Assembly: GCA_001643675.2 (NCBI GenBank)
Contig: LSRY02000021.1
Coordinates: 558,001-622,000, forward strand
Origin: Monocercomonoides exilis PA203
Taxonomy: Eukaryota > Protista > Preaxostyla
Reading direction: 5' to 3'
Length of the DNA: 64,000 nt
Shown: positions 17,534 to 30,726 of the stretch, piece after piece
Position numbering within the stretch: position 1 is the first letter of the stretch
Layout of the letters: each line of letters begins with the position of its first letter
Notes under the pieces: model-generated
Database searches by the model: none
Told to the model about the DNA's origin: nothing
What the model saw: only the letters and a program-made list of their open reading frames with translations
Position numbers and translations under genes: made by a program

Positions 17534-18047
17534 GATTAATCTAATGAAAATGTTTTATCTTAAATAATGCTACAAGAACAACATAGAATCGAATAACATT
17601 TGGATATAAAATTCTAACAAATACCTTCAACAATATTGAATGCGGAATATTGCTAAATAAATACGTTGCCGTCGTTATAAAAGTTTTAAATAAAAGATAG
17701 ATCTTTGCTATATTTTTTTATTTTCAGCAATTCTTCAATATACTTTTTTCGTTAAAAATGAAAATAAATCAATAACTAATGTTTCTTTACCAATCATAAA
17801 ATAATAAAAAACATTTATTTCTGCCATCTCTTGATTAAAAAAATCGAAAATGTGCATTGCTGAAAAATAATGAAACAACAATCGAAAAATCCTTCTCTTC
17901 TTTTTATAACAATTTTTTTGATAACTTATCATACGAATGATCATATATTCATTTCAAATTTAAGAAATATCTCCATGATGTGAAAAAAGGATCTCATTTG
18001 AGACAACTGTTTATGATGGGAATTGATCTGTCGATTTTTTTATTTTT

Positions 18048-19872
18048 ATGCGGTCTTATCAACAATCTTTAAAATTAATACACAAAAAATCAACAGTTGA
18101 ATATGAAATAGATAAAGGATTTGTTCCGAACATGCAAGTTCCTGTGAGGTTTTATGTTAATGATAAACTTTCACCGCTTGTTTTTGAGGAATTGCAGAAT
18201 TACCATGCTTCAGGTGGATATGGAGGATTTTTGCCTGCTGTAGTACAAATGGCTAATGTTGCAGCACTTCCTGGAATTGTTAAAGCATCAATTGGTCTTC
18301 CTGATTGCCATTCAGGATATGGTTTTTCAATTGGAAATGTTGCAGCATTCGACATGGACGATCCAGATGGTATAGTTTCACCTGGAGGTGTTGGATTTGA
18401 TATAAATTGTGGAGTGCGTGTAATTAAAACGCGATTAACCGAAAAAGAAGTTCAACCTCACAAAGAAGAATTAGCTCAAGCACTTTTTGATCATATTCCT
18501 GTTGGAGTTGGTTCCATGGGTGTTATTCCAACATCATTTGAAGATCTTGACGCTGCATTGGTTTCTTCTTTTGAATTATCGATGCTAAATATAATTATTA
18601 ATTATTTCATTTTTTCTTCAGGAATTAGGCATGGACTGGTCAGTTCGCGAAGGATATGCTTGGCCTGAAGACAAGGAGCATTGCGAAGAAAACGGGCGAA
18701 TGCTTCAAGCAGATCCATCAGCAGTCACCATGAGGGCAAAAAGACGAGGAAAGCCTCAAATGGGAACTCTTGGTGCCGGAAATCATTACGCTGAAATTCA
18801 AGTTGTGGACGAGGTTTTCGACAAAGCCAGTGCAGAAAGAATGGGGCTATTTAAAGACCAAGTTGTTGTTATGGTGCATTCTGGTTCAAGAGGTTTTGGG
18901 CATCAGGTTGCGACTGACGCGCTGATAGAAATGGAGAAAGTGATGGGAGGATCTGGGTCAGTTCATATTGGCGAGCCTGTTGAAACAACATATGCCTCAT
19001 CATCTGCAACTCCTTCATCTTCTTCGACGCCTTCGTCCTCCTCGTCTTTCGGGTCAGCGGCACTCAACACTGCGACGAAAGCGATGTGCATTCCTCTGCA
19101 CGACGGGCATCTTCTTCCTTTGAACGATCGGCAGCTGTCGTGTGCCCGCATATCATCGACTGAAGGGATGGCTTATTTGAAGGCGATGGCGTGTGCTGCG
19201 AACTACGCGTGGGTCAACCGGCAGACGATGACATTTTTGACCCGGCAGGCCTTTGCCACGATATTCAAAGAGGATCCCGACGACTTGGAGATGAGCGTTG
19301 TCTATGACACTTCACACAACATATGCAAAGTGGAGGAGCATCTTGTAGATGGAAAGCCCAAGCAGTTGCTTGTGCACAGAAAGGTTTGGATAAGATATAT
19401 GTGGAATGTGGAATGTGAAATGGTTTTTTGATATTGCTGTTTTTATGAGCTATTTCTTCTAATCTATCTTTTTTTTTCAAACTTTAATTTGAAATATAAT
19501 GTTAATTTTTCATTTAAAAATAATATTTTCTGATATTTGTCTTTATCCTTTTGCTATTTAATTTGACCAGGGAGCCACGCGAGCATTCCCACCAAATCAC
19601 CCGCTCATCCCCGTCTGCTACCAAAGCTGTGGCCAGCCTGTGCTGATTGGCGGAACGATGGGCACAGGCAGCTACATCCTGACAGGCACAAAACACGGCT
19701 TTGAGACAACATTTGGCTCGACGTGCCACGGGGCTGGTCGCAGCAGGTCAAGAAATAAGTCAAGGTATTGTGGAATATAGGGAGAGAGGGGAGGAGGAGA
19801 AAGGGAAAAAAAAAAGTGAAAAATAGATAGATAGATAGATAGATAGATAGATTGAGAGAGAGAGAGAGAAAG

Positions 19873-19923
<51 letters not shown>

Positions 19924-20411
19924 AAGAAAGAAAGAAAGAAAGAAAATGAAAGAAAGAAAGAAAAACGAAGATGTGAAAACGAAGAGAAAATCTGATAAAT
20001 GGAAGCTTTTTGATAATTATTATAAAACGAATTTTCGACTTAATATATATATGAATATTTATCATTACATATTCATGTAAATTTTCCTATTTCGTTTGAT
20101 ATGAAGGCACGAGCTTGATCACATGGATGTTTTGAATGCTCTGAAAAAGGCTGGCATTGCCATTAGAATTGCATCACCAAAATTAGTTATGGAAGAAGCA
20201 CCAGAAAGTTACAAGGTTTATTTCCTATTATTTCAAATTAATGAAAAAATTTCATTTTTTAATTGTTTTACACAAAATTTTGAAATTAATCGTTATTGTC
20301 TATCACTCAAAACAAATGAAGGACGTTGATGCGGTTGTGGATACTTGCCACGAGGCTGATATTTCAAAGAAGACTGTTCGTTTACGCCCAATTGCTGTTA
20401 TCAAGGGGTAA
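18048..20411 (+). CDS. RTCB: RNA-splicing ligase RtcB, eukaryotic type; exons 18048-18560, 18622-19383, 19571-19764, 20107-20215, 20322-20411
   Basis: [88 protein letters not shown]. Confidence 0.97.
19822..19945. repeat. (GATA)n/(GA)n/(GAAA)n compound microsatellite in RTCB intron 3
   Basis: Direct observation. Confidence 0.9.
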
Positions 20412-20804
20412 TAATTCAAAATTCAAATAATTTTGAAGAAGAAAAAATTTTTATTGAAATAAATGTTTTCATTATTTTTTTATTTGTAAAAAGCATAGAA
20501 GTTTTGAGCGATTAATTAAACAATGATTGCTCAAAATATTATCAATTTGTGGATTTGTGATTATATTGTGATGGTAATTATGATCAACTTTTCAAAGTCG
20601 TTTTCCTCTTAAAAGAAAAGAATATCAATATGAAAATATTACAATTTATATGATAACTATTTTTTTCAAATGTCTTAACCGATGTTTTAGTAATGTTGAC
20701 TTTTCTTTTTTCGAATGTTCGCAAGAATAATAAGCCATTAGAAATGGGAACTAATCCAACTTTTATTTAAAATTCGTTGAGTTTTGATAAAACATTGGAA
20801 GTTA

Positions 20805-22861
20805 ATGTTCTTTTTAGTTATTTTCTTTTTGAATCTCGTTTTAATCCATGGTATTCGAATTAATCAAAAAGTTTGAAATAATTTGATTGTTTTAAAGTTT
20901 TTGCATATGATATTTTACAAAAGGTTATAACCAATAACATTGTTTCAAAGCCGATTGGAGGATGTGTTGGCATTGAAAAGGCTGAGTCTTGCGTGAAGGC
21001 ACATGGATGCGTTTATTGCACCAGTTTAATTGGAAAAGACACAAATTCAACACATGGATGCGTCGAAGGGAATTTATTCGGTGAGAAAAACAGTAAAGGA
21101 AAAACAAAATGCCCGTTAAGCGAGATATTTTATAAACAAACTTCTCTTTCAAGCAATTATTTGATCCTGATTGGATCAGTCGTGATTGGGCTGATATCAT
21201 CCTCAATCGTGGTTTGCATTTGTGCCGCCGGAGTATGTTCTTCTTGGAAAAGGCAGAATAAGAGATTAGAAACATTTCGAAAACAACTGTTAAACAGTGG
21301 AATTCTGGAACCTTTTTATTTTACAATAGAAGAAACTCCAGATGGGAAAAAAGGAATATACGGCACTTTTGGAAAAGATTTTACCCCAGCAATTAAGGCA
21401 CCTTTCGTCACTCCAGGAGTGTTTGGTTCATCTCCATTTCAAGAAGAGTTTTCATTCACAAGTAGTGCAGATATGAATCATGGAAATTTGAAAAATGGAG
21501 TGATGTGTAACGAACAAGACGAGCTTCAATTCTACAAATCTCGAGAAAGTTCAAGAGGAAGCGATGAAGTTGGAGAGAGAGAAGATGTTTCTTTGATGAA
21601 TGGAAAAGATTACAAAAGCGGATGCGGAAGAGCTAAAGAAAAAGAGAAGTACAAATATTATGATTCAGACTATATAAACTGGGCGCATCGCAGAGTGCTG
21701 AGCGTGCGAGAAGCTGAAAAAATGTTAGGAATAAATCACGATGCGCTTGCTTCCGTGAATGAAGAGGGGTTGATGCATATGACGAACGAGAAAATGAATC
21801 CGAATGAAAAACGTGAGTTTGCTGAGAAAGAAGATTACACAAACTTCTTGGGAAAGAAGGAATACTTTAAAGAAGAAGACATCAAAAGATTGAAGTACAA
21901 GGCAGAGCCATACATAAAAGATCAGACAATCGCTGTCGTAGACGAAGAAGAAAACAAGGTGAAGCGAAAGCGAAAGAGGAAGAAAGAGGAAAACAAGAAT
22001 GAGTATCAGAATGACGAAAAGGAGCAAAGGGATATCGGAAAAGAGCAAAGCAATTTGAAAGAAGAATCTGCAGGAGAATTAAAAAATACAGACACTTTTG
22101 CAGATGAAAGGGAAAACGAAGGACCGTTCGATGCCATTCAGGCCATAAGAGACGAAGCCGACAAACAGAAGAAAGAGAAAGAGAGGAATAAAAGGAACAG
22201 ATCAAGTGCCTCGCGTCACCACAGCCACAGCCACCTCCATCACCATCGCCATCGGCACAGCAAAGAGGCAACGAAAGCAGAATCTAAGTCATCCTTCAAA
22301 GTTCTGCCTATCCTTTCTACTGGCCCGCGCGTCGATAGAATATGCCCATCTGCCGAATTGTCTTTACAACCTTATCAAAAGAACGCTGGAGGAAGGCAAT
22401 TGAAGCCCGCATTAACAGAAGAAAAAGAGCATTTGGACATTCCTAAACCGCAACAGTGTGCGCAAACCTTTATTGGGGAATCTAATTACTCGATGCCTCA
22501 ACAGTCTGATGAAAAGTTGCTTCAGATTCCGTCTATTGCAAGCGAAAGTGATTTTAATTCAACCAACACCCAGATAAAAACATGCAATAACTACTGTTCA
22601 ACAGAACAAAACGAAATGCTTGCGCCATTGGATTATGCGAATCAAGAGCAAAGGAATGACCACAGATATGAAAGTCACGCGCAAAATGGAGAAGATGAAC
22701 AGAACGATGAAGAGGTACTGTTGCTGATGGAAAAGGAAAAGCCAGAAATGGAGTTTGAGATTGAAGAGGGAGAAATAGACAGAAATGAGCAGTGCTCTTC
22801 GTCACCAGTGCTCGAAGGGCCGGAGCTAACGTATCAAGCAATGCGCATGCCGTTCATATAA
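20805..22861 (+). CDS. Type I membrane protein: signal peptide, PSI-like Cys-rich ectodomain (PTTG1IP-like), one TM helix, long charged cytoplasmic tail; intron 20871-20923
   Basis: MFFLVIFFLNLVLIHG signal; GCVGIEKAESCVKAHGCVYC..GCVEG..KCP..FYKQ; TM LILIGSVVIGLISSSIVVCICAAGVC. Confidence 0.7.
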
Positions 22862-23391
22862 GCACGATGTGCTGAATTTCAAAACTGAAAATTTCAACTT
22901 TGTCAATTTCTTGTTGCTTTTTGAAATTCTATTGTTAATCATATTTGGCGTTGGTGGTTTTTGAGTTTGAAAAGCATTTTGCTCAGTATTTTTTTTTATT
23001 TTTTTATTTTTTTATTTTTATTTTATTATTTCTTTTGTCTTTTCTTTTGATCGCTTGACAATATTGAGAAAAATTTCAAAAACATTTCACTATTTTTAAA
23101 TAAGAAATTATTTCACTTCAGGAATGATTTCAAAATTCAGAGATCAATTTAGCTTACATTTATAGTAATTAGAAAGGTTTGAAAGCCACAAAGAAATGAA
23201 AAATAACAAATATTTCCTGAGGTTGCATGCTTAATTTATGAGTCTCTTCTACAAAAAACTCTAAAAAAAAATAAATGAATGAAAATGAAAAACAACTGCT
23301 ATAAAGATAAAAAAAGTGTGATTTGTCTTTGAGAAAATAATAAATGCCCAAAAAGTATTAGAAGAAAAAGAAAATTCAATGAAGTTAAGTA

Positions 23392-24449
23392 TTACATTGC
23401 AAGTTCTGCCTCAAGACGTGCAAGTTCATCATCATCAGCAGCAGCCTGTTTTGTAGGTGCAGCCACGGCCGAAGTTGGTTGTGCAATTCCGTGAACTGAA
23501 ACAAAATAAAGTCATACATATGTTGATTCAAAAATTTGAAGAATAATTGTTCAATGATAATAACAAAAACGGCAAAAACAATAATTATCAAAAATAAAAC
23601 ATTTTAAAAAATATAAACATAAACAGCTAAAACATACTCGGATTTGTTGGAACTGGTGCACTTGACCATTCTGCATCAATTTCAGCTTCAAGCTCCTTCG
23701 CCAACTCTGCTTCAGCTTCCTCCTGATCATTTTACAAAGAAAAATTTCTTTGCAAAAAGAAAAAATGAAAGAAAAAGAATAAGCAAACATCTCCAATAAC
23801 ACCAGCCATAGGGCGTGAAAGACTATCTTGCCTTTCTTCGAAATCAGCAAGCTAAAAGAGATATTCAAAATAAAAGATCGAAAAAGATCATAAGAAATCG
23901 AAAACTTTATCATCAAGATTATCACGCAAATCATCAATTTTGTCTGGATCTCTAAATGAAATTAAATAAAATTCGTAAGAAAAACAATCACATGAAAATA
24001 AAGTCCCTGAACATAAAAACAGACAAGTCATTTGTGATTTCCGTTAATCCTTGATCTGCAACTGTATATGCATCGACAACAACCTTTGTTTGCACGCCTT
24101 CTTCAAGTTTAAATTTCACAGCGTTCAGATTGTCAATATATCCACTAATCCTTTTTAAGTTCTTATCTGCCGACATCTTTTCTTTCATCTTCGATACAGC
24201 AACTGGATATAATATATAAAGTTATAAAAATATGTGTCACATTCTTCATATTTATATAATAACTTTGTTCAAACTTGCTTTTTGCCCTCGTTGCTTTGCA
24301 GCTTTTGCGTCAATAAGGCACTGTTGACTTTTCATTTCCAGAAAGTTCCTTCTGTCTGTTAGCGTCTGTATTGAACGTTGCATTTGTTGTAATCGCGCTT
24401 GTATATCAACTTTTGGAACTTCCTTCTTTTTTCCAAAAAATGATGCCAT
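23392..24449 (-). CDS. SNF7: ESCRT-III subunit Snf7/Vps32 (CHMP4-like), about 6 exons
   Basis: MASFFGKKK start; basic helical hairpin; DPDKIDDLRDNLDDK; EERQDSLSRPM; EAELAKELEAE; C-terminal DDDELARLEAELAM*. Confidence 0.85.
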
Positions 24450-24654
24450 TCCCAAGGTAAAGTCACAAATGTATTTAAATATGGGCGCAATTTTTATTCA
24501 TCTCATAATTTGTATTATTTGTTTTAAAAATGAAAGATTTTTTATTTTTTCGAAGCCAAATAATTATGTGAAAACGATATATATAAACTTTTCATTTGAT
24601 CATACCCATTAAGAATTATTTCGAACGCATTTTTTATTTGCTGAAATAAACAGA

Positions 24655-26128
24655 ATGAGTTCATGCGAGGAGGATAAGCTTGTTGATGAGCTCAAAAATA
24701 TTCCAGTGACTGAGCATTTTTCAGGTTTGCTCATTTTCCTATTATTTGAAGGCTCAAATTCAATTTATAAATTATTTTCGAAGAATTATTCAACAAACTT
24801 GAAGGTTGCAATGAGGATGAGCAAAAACAGAAAATACTTGAAATGAACGGAATTGTTGAGAATATGAATAACGAAGAATTTGAATCCATTTTTTCAGAAG
24901 AACTGTTCGATAAAATAGATTTTATGATTTATAAAGAGAAACTATCGATGGAAAACACAATCATTTTTTTGAAGCTCACGGGATGTCTCAAAGTGCTTAA
25001 AAAAGTTTCAAATTTCGCATTTGAATATTCTTCATTGAACATAAGATTTGAGAAGATGATTGCTAAAGAAGAAAACAAAAACGAAGGAAAGAATGAAAAG
25101 CTTCAAACTGACCTTTGTGAATGCTTTGTTTTGCTTGAAGGACGGTTTTCTTTCGAATTACTTTCAATCCTTGTGCCTTGCCTTATAAAAGTTGCATTGA
25201 ACAAAGAGGAAAATGAGAAAACTCAAAAGGAAGTGGAAATAGCTTTGCTATCATTGAGTGGACTTGAATATTTTGTGTGCACATTTTTGCTTTTCTTTGT
25301 TAAATTTGTTACTTTTCTTCTTCTGCTTCTTCTTGTTTTCTTTTCTTTTCACAGAGCATTGAAAAAGGGTTTTATTCAAAAGAAATGACAGAAATTATAA
25401 AATGTCATCAAGAGAATCACAATCTTACACGACTTGCCTATCAATCGGCTTGGAAGTTTTTGGTAAGCAGACTTTCCAATGAAAGAAGCTTGGAAGAAGT
25501 AGTTGTAAATGAGCTGCATTTTGCGAGAGAGGCGATAAAAGAATTGGAAGAGCTGATGAAATGCATGAATTGGAAGAAGAAAGTAGAAAAAGAAAAAGAG
25601 AAGAGAAGAGAAGAGAAAGAAGTGATTGTCTTGATACGATGGATCCATACACTGTATTCTTTCTTTGTGTTATGCGAAATGAGGAATGAAGTGAATTATC
25701 ACCTTATCAGCAGCATTGTTCGAGTGCAAAGAGCTTCAACTGATAATAATGGAGATTTAAGCTTCAACTGCTTTCTTTGTTTCAGAGCAGCAGCGGAAAA
25801 CAGAGCTGTGAAAATTGATGACCTGTTGAAGAGTGGGGTGATCGAAATGTTTTTGGAGGAAATGCAACAAACAACGTTACAAGATGAAATTGCATGCAAT
25901 TTGTTTGATTTCTTTTTGAATTTTTCAAGAAAATTGAAAGGGAATACGGACAGTGAAATTGACGAAGCGAAAAGAAAGGCATCGAAAATGGAGATATTTG
26001 AAAAGATAGAAGAAGAAGGATGCGAAGATTCTATCACACGCCTTCATGGACTATTAAGTTTTCTTTGCGGAAAATACTTATTTCATGGATTATCATCGAA
26101 TATTTCAGATTATTTTGTTTCAATTTAA
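24655..26128 (+). CDS. Lineage-specific helical (ARM-like) hypothetical protein, paralogue A; exons 24655-24724, 24784-25274, 25355-26128
   Basis: Spliced ORF is intact and strongly similar to the gene at 27354-28751 (DLCEC, QKEVEIALLSL, HNLTRLAYQS, NELHFAREA, IFEKIEEEG). Confidence 0.8.
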
Positions 26129-26289
26129 AGAAATGCCTTGAATTTTGAAACTCAAAAATAATGTATATTTTTTAATCTTTTTGATTTGTTTCACAAAATG
26201 GAAAAAACCCAATGAATAATTAAAAATAATGTTTTTGTTTCCTTTTTCAAAAATAAGAAAAAAATGAAAATTCTTTTCAAATTTCCTCC

Positions 26290-27320
26290 ATCAAGAATCT
26301 TCATCGAGTGGATTATTGCCATCCATCCTCCTCAAATAGATTGTTTTTCAATTGGAAATTCAATTGGTCAGTTGTCGCTTTGAGGATTTTCTGAGTTGCT
26401 CCGCTTATTCTCTTTCTTGCTGCATTTTCAATGAATTTTGAGAGGAAGACGAAGACGAAGACGAAGAATAAAATGGTTATTTTTGAGAAGAATACAAAAG
26501 AAATGAAGAAAAAATGGTTGTGAGGAATCCAGCCAAAAATATCGTTTAAGGGAATAAAACAGCAATAAACGAGACGAGGAAGAAATAATCCGAAAATATC
26601 ATTCAAAATTTGCTTGCCCGAAACAAGAGTCACCATTCAATTATTTCTGTCTTTCTTCTCCTGATTGGTCACTCTTCCAATCAACATCAAAAGTGCTCTC
26701 CGACTTTTCACAGTCTTTTTTTTCAGAAAAGAAAATATTCTGATGATTCTCTTCATTCTTCATTTGAACATTTTTTCTTTCTATTCCCAATGCAAATGGA
26801 GTTAAATCTTCTTCTTTCTTCTTTCTTCTTTCTCTTTCGCTCAGAAATCTTTCTGAAGTTCCTCCAATTTTTGTTTCATTGCCCTTCTCTTCCATTCCAT
26901 CCATCATCTGAAAGCGACTCGATCCCAATTCATCTGAGTTGCATGTTGTCTTCTTTGTCGAAACAGAAAGTTGAAGAAGAAGAAGAAGAAGAAGAAGAAG
27001 AAGAAGAAGAAGAAAAGGAAGACCCCAATCGTTGAAATAAAGATGGATGCAGTGTGAATGTACGAGTGAATGAGGGAGAGCATGTGAGTGAAGTCGAAGT
27101 GGAAGATGAGAATGAATAGAATGAATGAAATGAATGAAGAATACTCATTTTTTGTTGAATATTCTTTTTCTCTAATTGAGAATGTCGCTCCAGAACGAAA
27201 TCTTTTCTATTCTCTTTTCTGTTCTCTTCTTTCCCTTTTCGTTTATTCATTTGCCATCATCTGCTTTTTCATCTGCTTTTTCATCTGCTTTTTCATATTT
27301 TCTTCCTTTCTGAGATGATG
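26290..27320 (-). pseudogene. Decayed coding-like low-complexity remnant
   Basis: Short in-line ORF pieces with poly-Ser/Glu tracts broken by stops. Confidence 0.3.
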
Positions 27321-27353
27321 ATGAAATGAATAAAGATAAATTGAAGATTCGCT

Positions 27354-28751
27354 TTAAAGACTCAAAAGATAATCTGATGAGTATTTTGACATCTGCAAAA
27401 ATTCAAACTTTTCTTCCAAATCAGGCAGTATTTCATGATAGCTCATGATAATATCTTCATATCCTTCTTCTTCTGTCCTTTCAAACACTTTCCTTTTCGT
27501 CTCTATCCGCCTTGCCTCATAAAACATTACCCCCATCTTCCCATTCAATCTTTTACAAAGTTCTCCCAAAAAACAAATGCAATTAGCTAACACGTAGTCA
27601 GTCAACGTGGCTTGAAGAATCTCCAAAACAGCATCAACAACTCCTTTTCTCAGCAAGATATCGACATTCACATCCCTTTTTCTAACTGCAGTTCCAAAAG
27701 AATAAATGCATTTATCGCGTATGGCTGGTCGATTATCCTTTGCTGCGTGAAAGACTTGAACAACGCCTCCGACAAGCTCAATGTGCTTTTCTTTCCACGA
27801 TGGACTCGAGCACAAGTAATTATTAACTTCATCGAGCCATCTCCTTAAAACAATCACATCTTTCATTTCTTTTTCTCCTTCCTCTTCTTTTCTTTTCCAA
27901 TTCACACACTCTACCAGCTCTTCCATTTCTCTCGTTGCCTCTCTCGCAAAATGCAGTTCATTCTCAATCACTCCTTCCAATTCTCTTTGGCTATATAATC
28001 TTTCCATCAAAAATTTCCATATTGATTGATATGCAAGTCGTGTAAGATTGCAATGCTCTTGATGATACTTGATAATGTCTTTGATTTCATCTAAGAAAAG
28101 TTCTCGTCCTTTATCCTTAAAAAAAAAGAGAGAGAAAGCAATTCAACAATGTTAAAAAAATGATACAAAAAATATACACACATTAAATTTATAAATACTG
28201 ATCAAAGACAACAGAGCCATTTCCACGTCTTTTTGTGCTTTCTCGTTTTCCTCTTTCTTTCGCGCAGCATTCAGTAGACAAGATACACAGATTGAAAGCA
28301 ATTCAGGTGGGAAAAGGCAACTCAGAGAAGTATGGCATTCGCAAAGATCAACAAGCTTCTTTTCGTTCCTTCCTTCTTTTTTCTTCTCTTCATCAATAAT
28401 CTTCTTTTCAATTTTTTTGCACAAGGAAGTGTTTTCACAGTCTAGGAATAATAAATCTTTCAAGATTTTCCAATACCCCAAAAGTTTAAGCAATAAAATA
28501 GCATTTTCCAAAGACAATTTCTTTTCTTCAATCATCTTATCTATTTCATTGTATATTTTTGTCGTAAATATTAAATACAATTTTTCTGTATTCATATTGT
28601 TCATGTATCTATTCATTTCTTCGATTTTCTCTTTCTGTTCATTTTCATTGCAATCTTCCAGCTCAGAAAACAATTCTGCGGAGATTAATCAAAATTTGCC
28701 ATTTTATTTAGAAAAAAAATTAAATTAGCTCAAACTTGAAAAGTCTTCCAT
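27354..28751 (-). CDS. Lineage-specific helical (ARM-like) hypothetical protein, paralogue B; two introns at the same positions as in paralogue A
   Basis: MEDFS|KLFSELEDCNENEQKEKIEEMN..DLCEC..QKDVEMALLSL|..HCNLTRLAYQSIWKFL..NELHFAREA..VFERTEEEGYED. Confidence 0.8.
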
Positions 28752-28859
28752 CACTCGATATCTTCATTTTGAAAGAAAAATCAAAAATTGATCAACAATT
28801 GTTTTTATGAAAAAGGAATATATCATAAGCAAATAGAATTACATTTGAGAATTTAAGAT

Positions 28860-30060
28860 ATGTTATAAACGCGGAAAACTTTGGGGAGATGTGTTTAAAT
28901 CAAAGCCAGAAGGAAATCAAGTGATTTCGATATGGGATATCCCATTTTGAAAAGAAATTTCTAATATTTTCAGAGATGTATAATGAACGTATTATTTGTG
29001 TGAAATAAGAATGAAATGATTCTGAAAATGAAAAACCGTTGTTGATTACTTTCAAATGAATTAAAGAAGTGTTGATTTATGAAACATTGAAATGTTATCT
29101 TCAAAAGAAGCAGAATATGATCAGAACTATTCTTTAGAGAGTGCAAATAGACGCGAATGAGATGAATTGCCCTTTGGGAAGACGAGAAGAATGATTACCG
29201 TGACATGAGACGAAATAAAGAAAGAAACAAAATGAAAATGAATAACTGCATGAAGATGATGAACAATTATTTCGAGACATATATTGGGTGAAGTGGGAAT
29301 AGAGGAATGAAAAAAAAGATATAAAGTGAGAAAAGAATGGACATTGAATTATTTGAAAAATGAAGGCTCTTAGAAGAGAATAAAACCAAGTGGCATAAAT
29401 GAAGATGAAGATGCAAAGCAAAAGAAGACAAAATGGAATCTGAAGGGATTAGAAAAAAAGGGATTCAAAATTATACAAAAAGAGATTAAGGATTTAGAGT
29501 TATTTAACTTGGGGTTTTTATTATTAATGGATCTGGAAGAAGGACATATTTTGTGTGTCGTATCGTTTTCTTCTCGCAAAACCGAACATTCATTCCACTT
29601 TTTTATCACGACATCCAAATAATTGCAATTTAATTCATAAAATCATTGGCCACAGTTCGTCTTCAATTTTTTGCTAGTGGCAAAAATAGAACAACAATAA
29701 CAACTAGAAGATATGAAACGTTATTTACAATTTTGATGAAGCTGGATTATCGCCTTTAGCATTTGTTATGTGTAATATCACAACAACAGCTTGTGATGTT
29801 CGATTTGTTTCAAGAAAAAAAAAAGCAATAGAAAAGCATCTTGGAAGAAGCGAGAATCAACAAATTTTTCCATTTTCATTGAATCACAGAGATATTTGCT
29901 TTTCAGTATCAGCCGATGCAAAGAAGTGAAGAAGACGATAATTGAAAGAAAGAAAAAGAAGAAAGAGGGAATGATAGCAAGGAATACAGCGTGCACTGAA
30001 TGATTATGCTTATGATTTAAATAAATAAATAAATAAATATTATGAAACATTCGAGACACT
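28860..30060 (+). pseudogene. Decayed coding-like remnant of unknown origin
   Basis: Purine-rich, codon-like composition with many stops and frameshifts; no recognisable motif. Confidence 0.25.
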
Positions 30061-30726
30061 GAAAAAGAAAAAAAATATAAATGTCAAAATTGAAACACGA
30101 TTGACTTTTCTTCAAACTTAAAAATTATCTTCACAGTTCTTTCATGTGAAACCTGCATTCTGCAATATGTTGGAAAAAATGAAAGAGGCATCTAACATCT
30201 CTGTGTAAATTATGCAACTGTTGTTTTCACATGAGTTTCAATGACTTCACTGCGTTCAAAAATATTTTTATTGTTTTCTTTTTGATGTCAATTCAAATAT
30301 TAGAAAAAATAGTGAAAATTTCATTAGACACTTTTGTTTCTTATGCGAGAAGATAGCTCAACACTGCTCATTATTGTTGGCTTCTCATATTCACTTTTGA
30401 TTATCGAATTTGGTTTCTGATTTTGGCAAATTAGCTTTCATTCGAATATGATTTATTCTTTCCCATTTGGAATTAAATTTGATGGATGTGAATGAAAGAT
30501 AAGTTCATTCCATTCACACAAAAAGGTATTTTTGAATAATCTTTGAAAGTCGTTTTTGGAATAAATTTTGTGTAAAGTTATTGATTTCTTGACACATTGA
30601 AAATTCGAATTTTCTTGACTAAAACGAATTTACCGCAGAAACACTCCAATAAACTTTCTCACTTGTTTATGCATATATTTAATATTCATTTCATCAATAA
30701 TAAAACATCAAAACAAAAAGAAAATA

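Noticed and set aside
18945-19125. Intein in RtcB
   Set aside because: Too short and low-complexity, with no Cys/Ser start plus His-Asn end motifs
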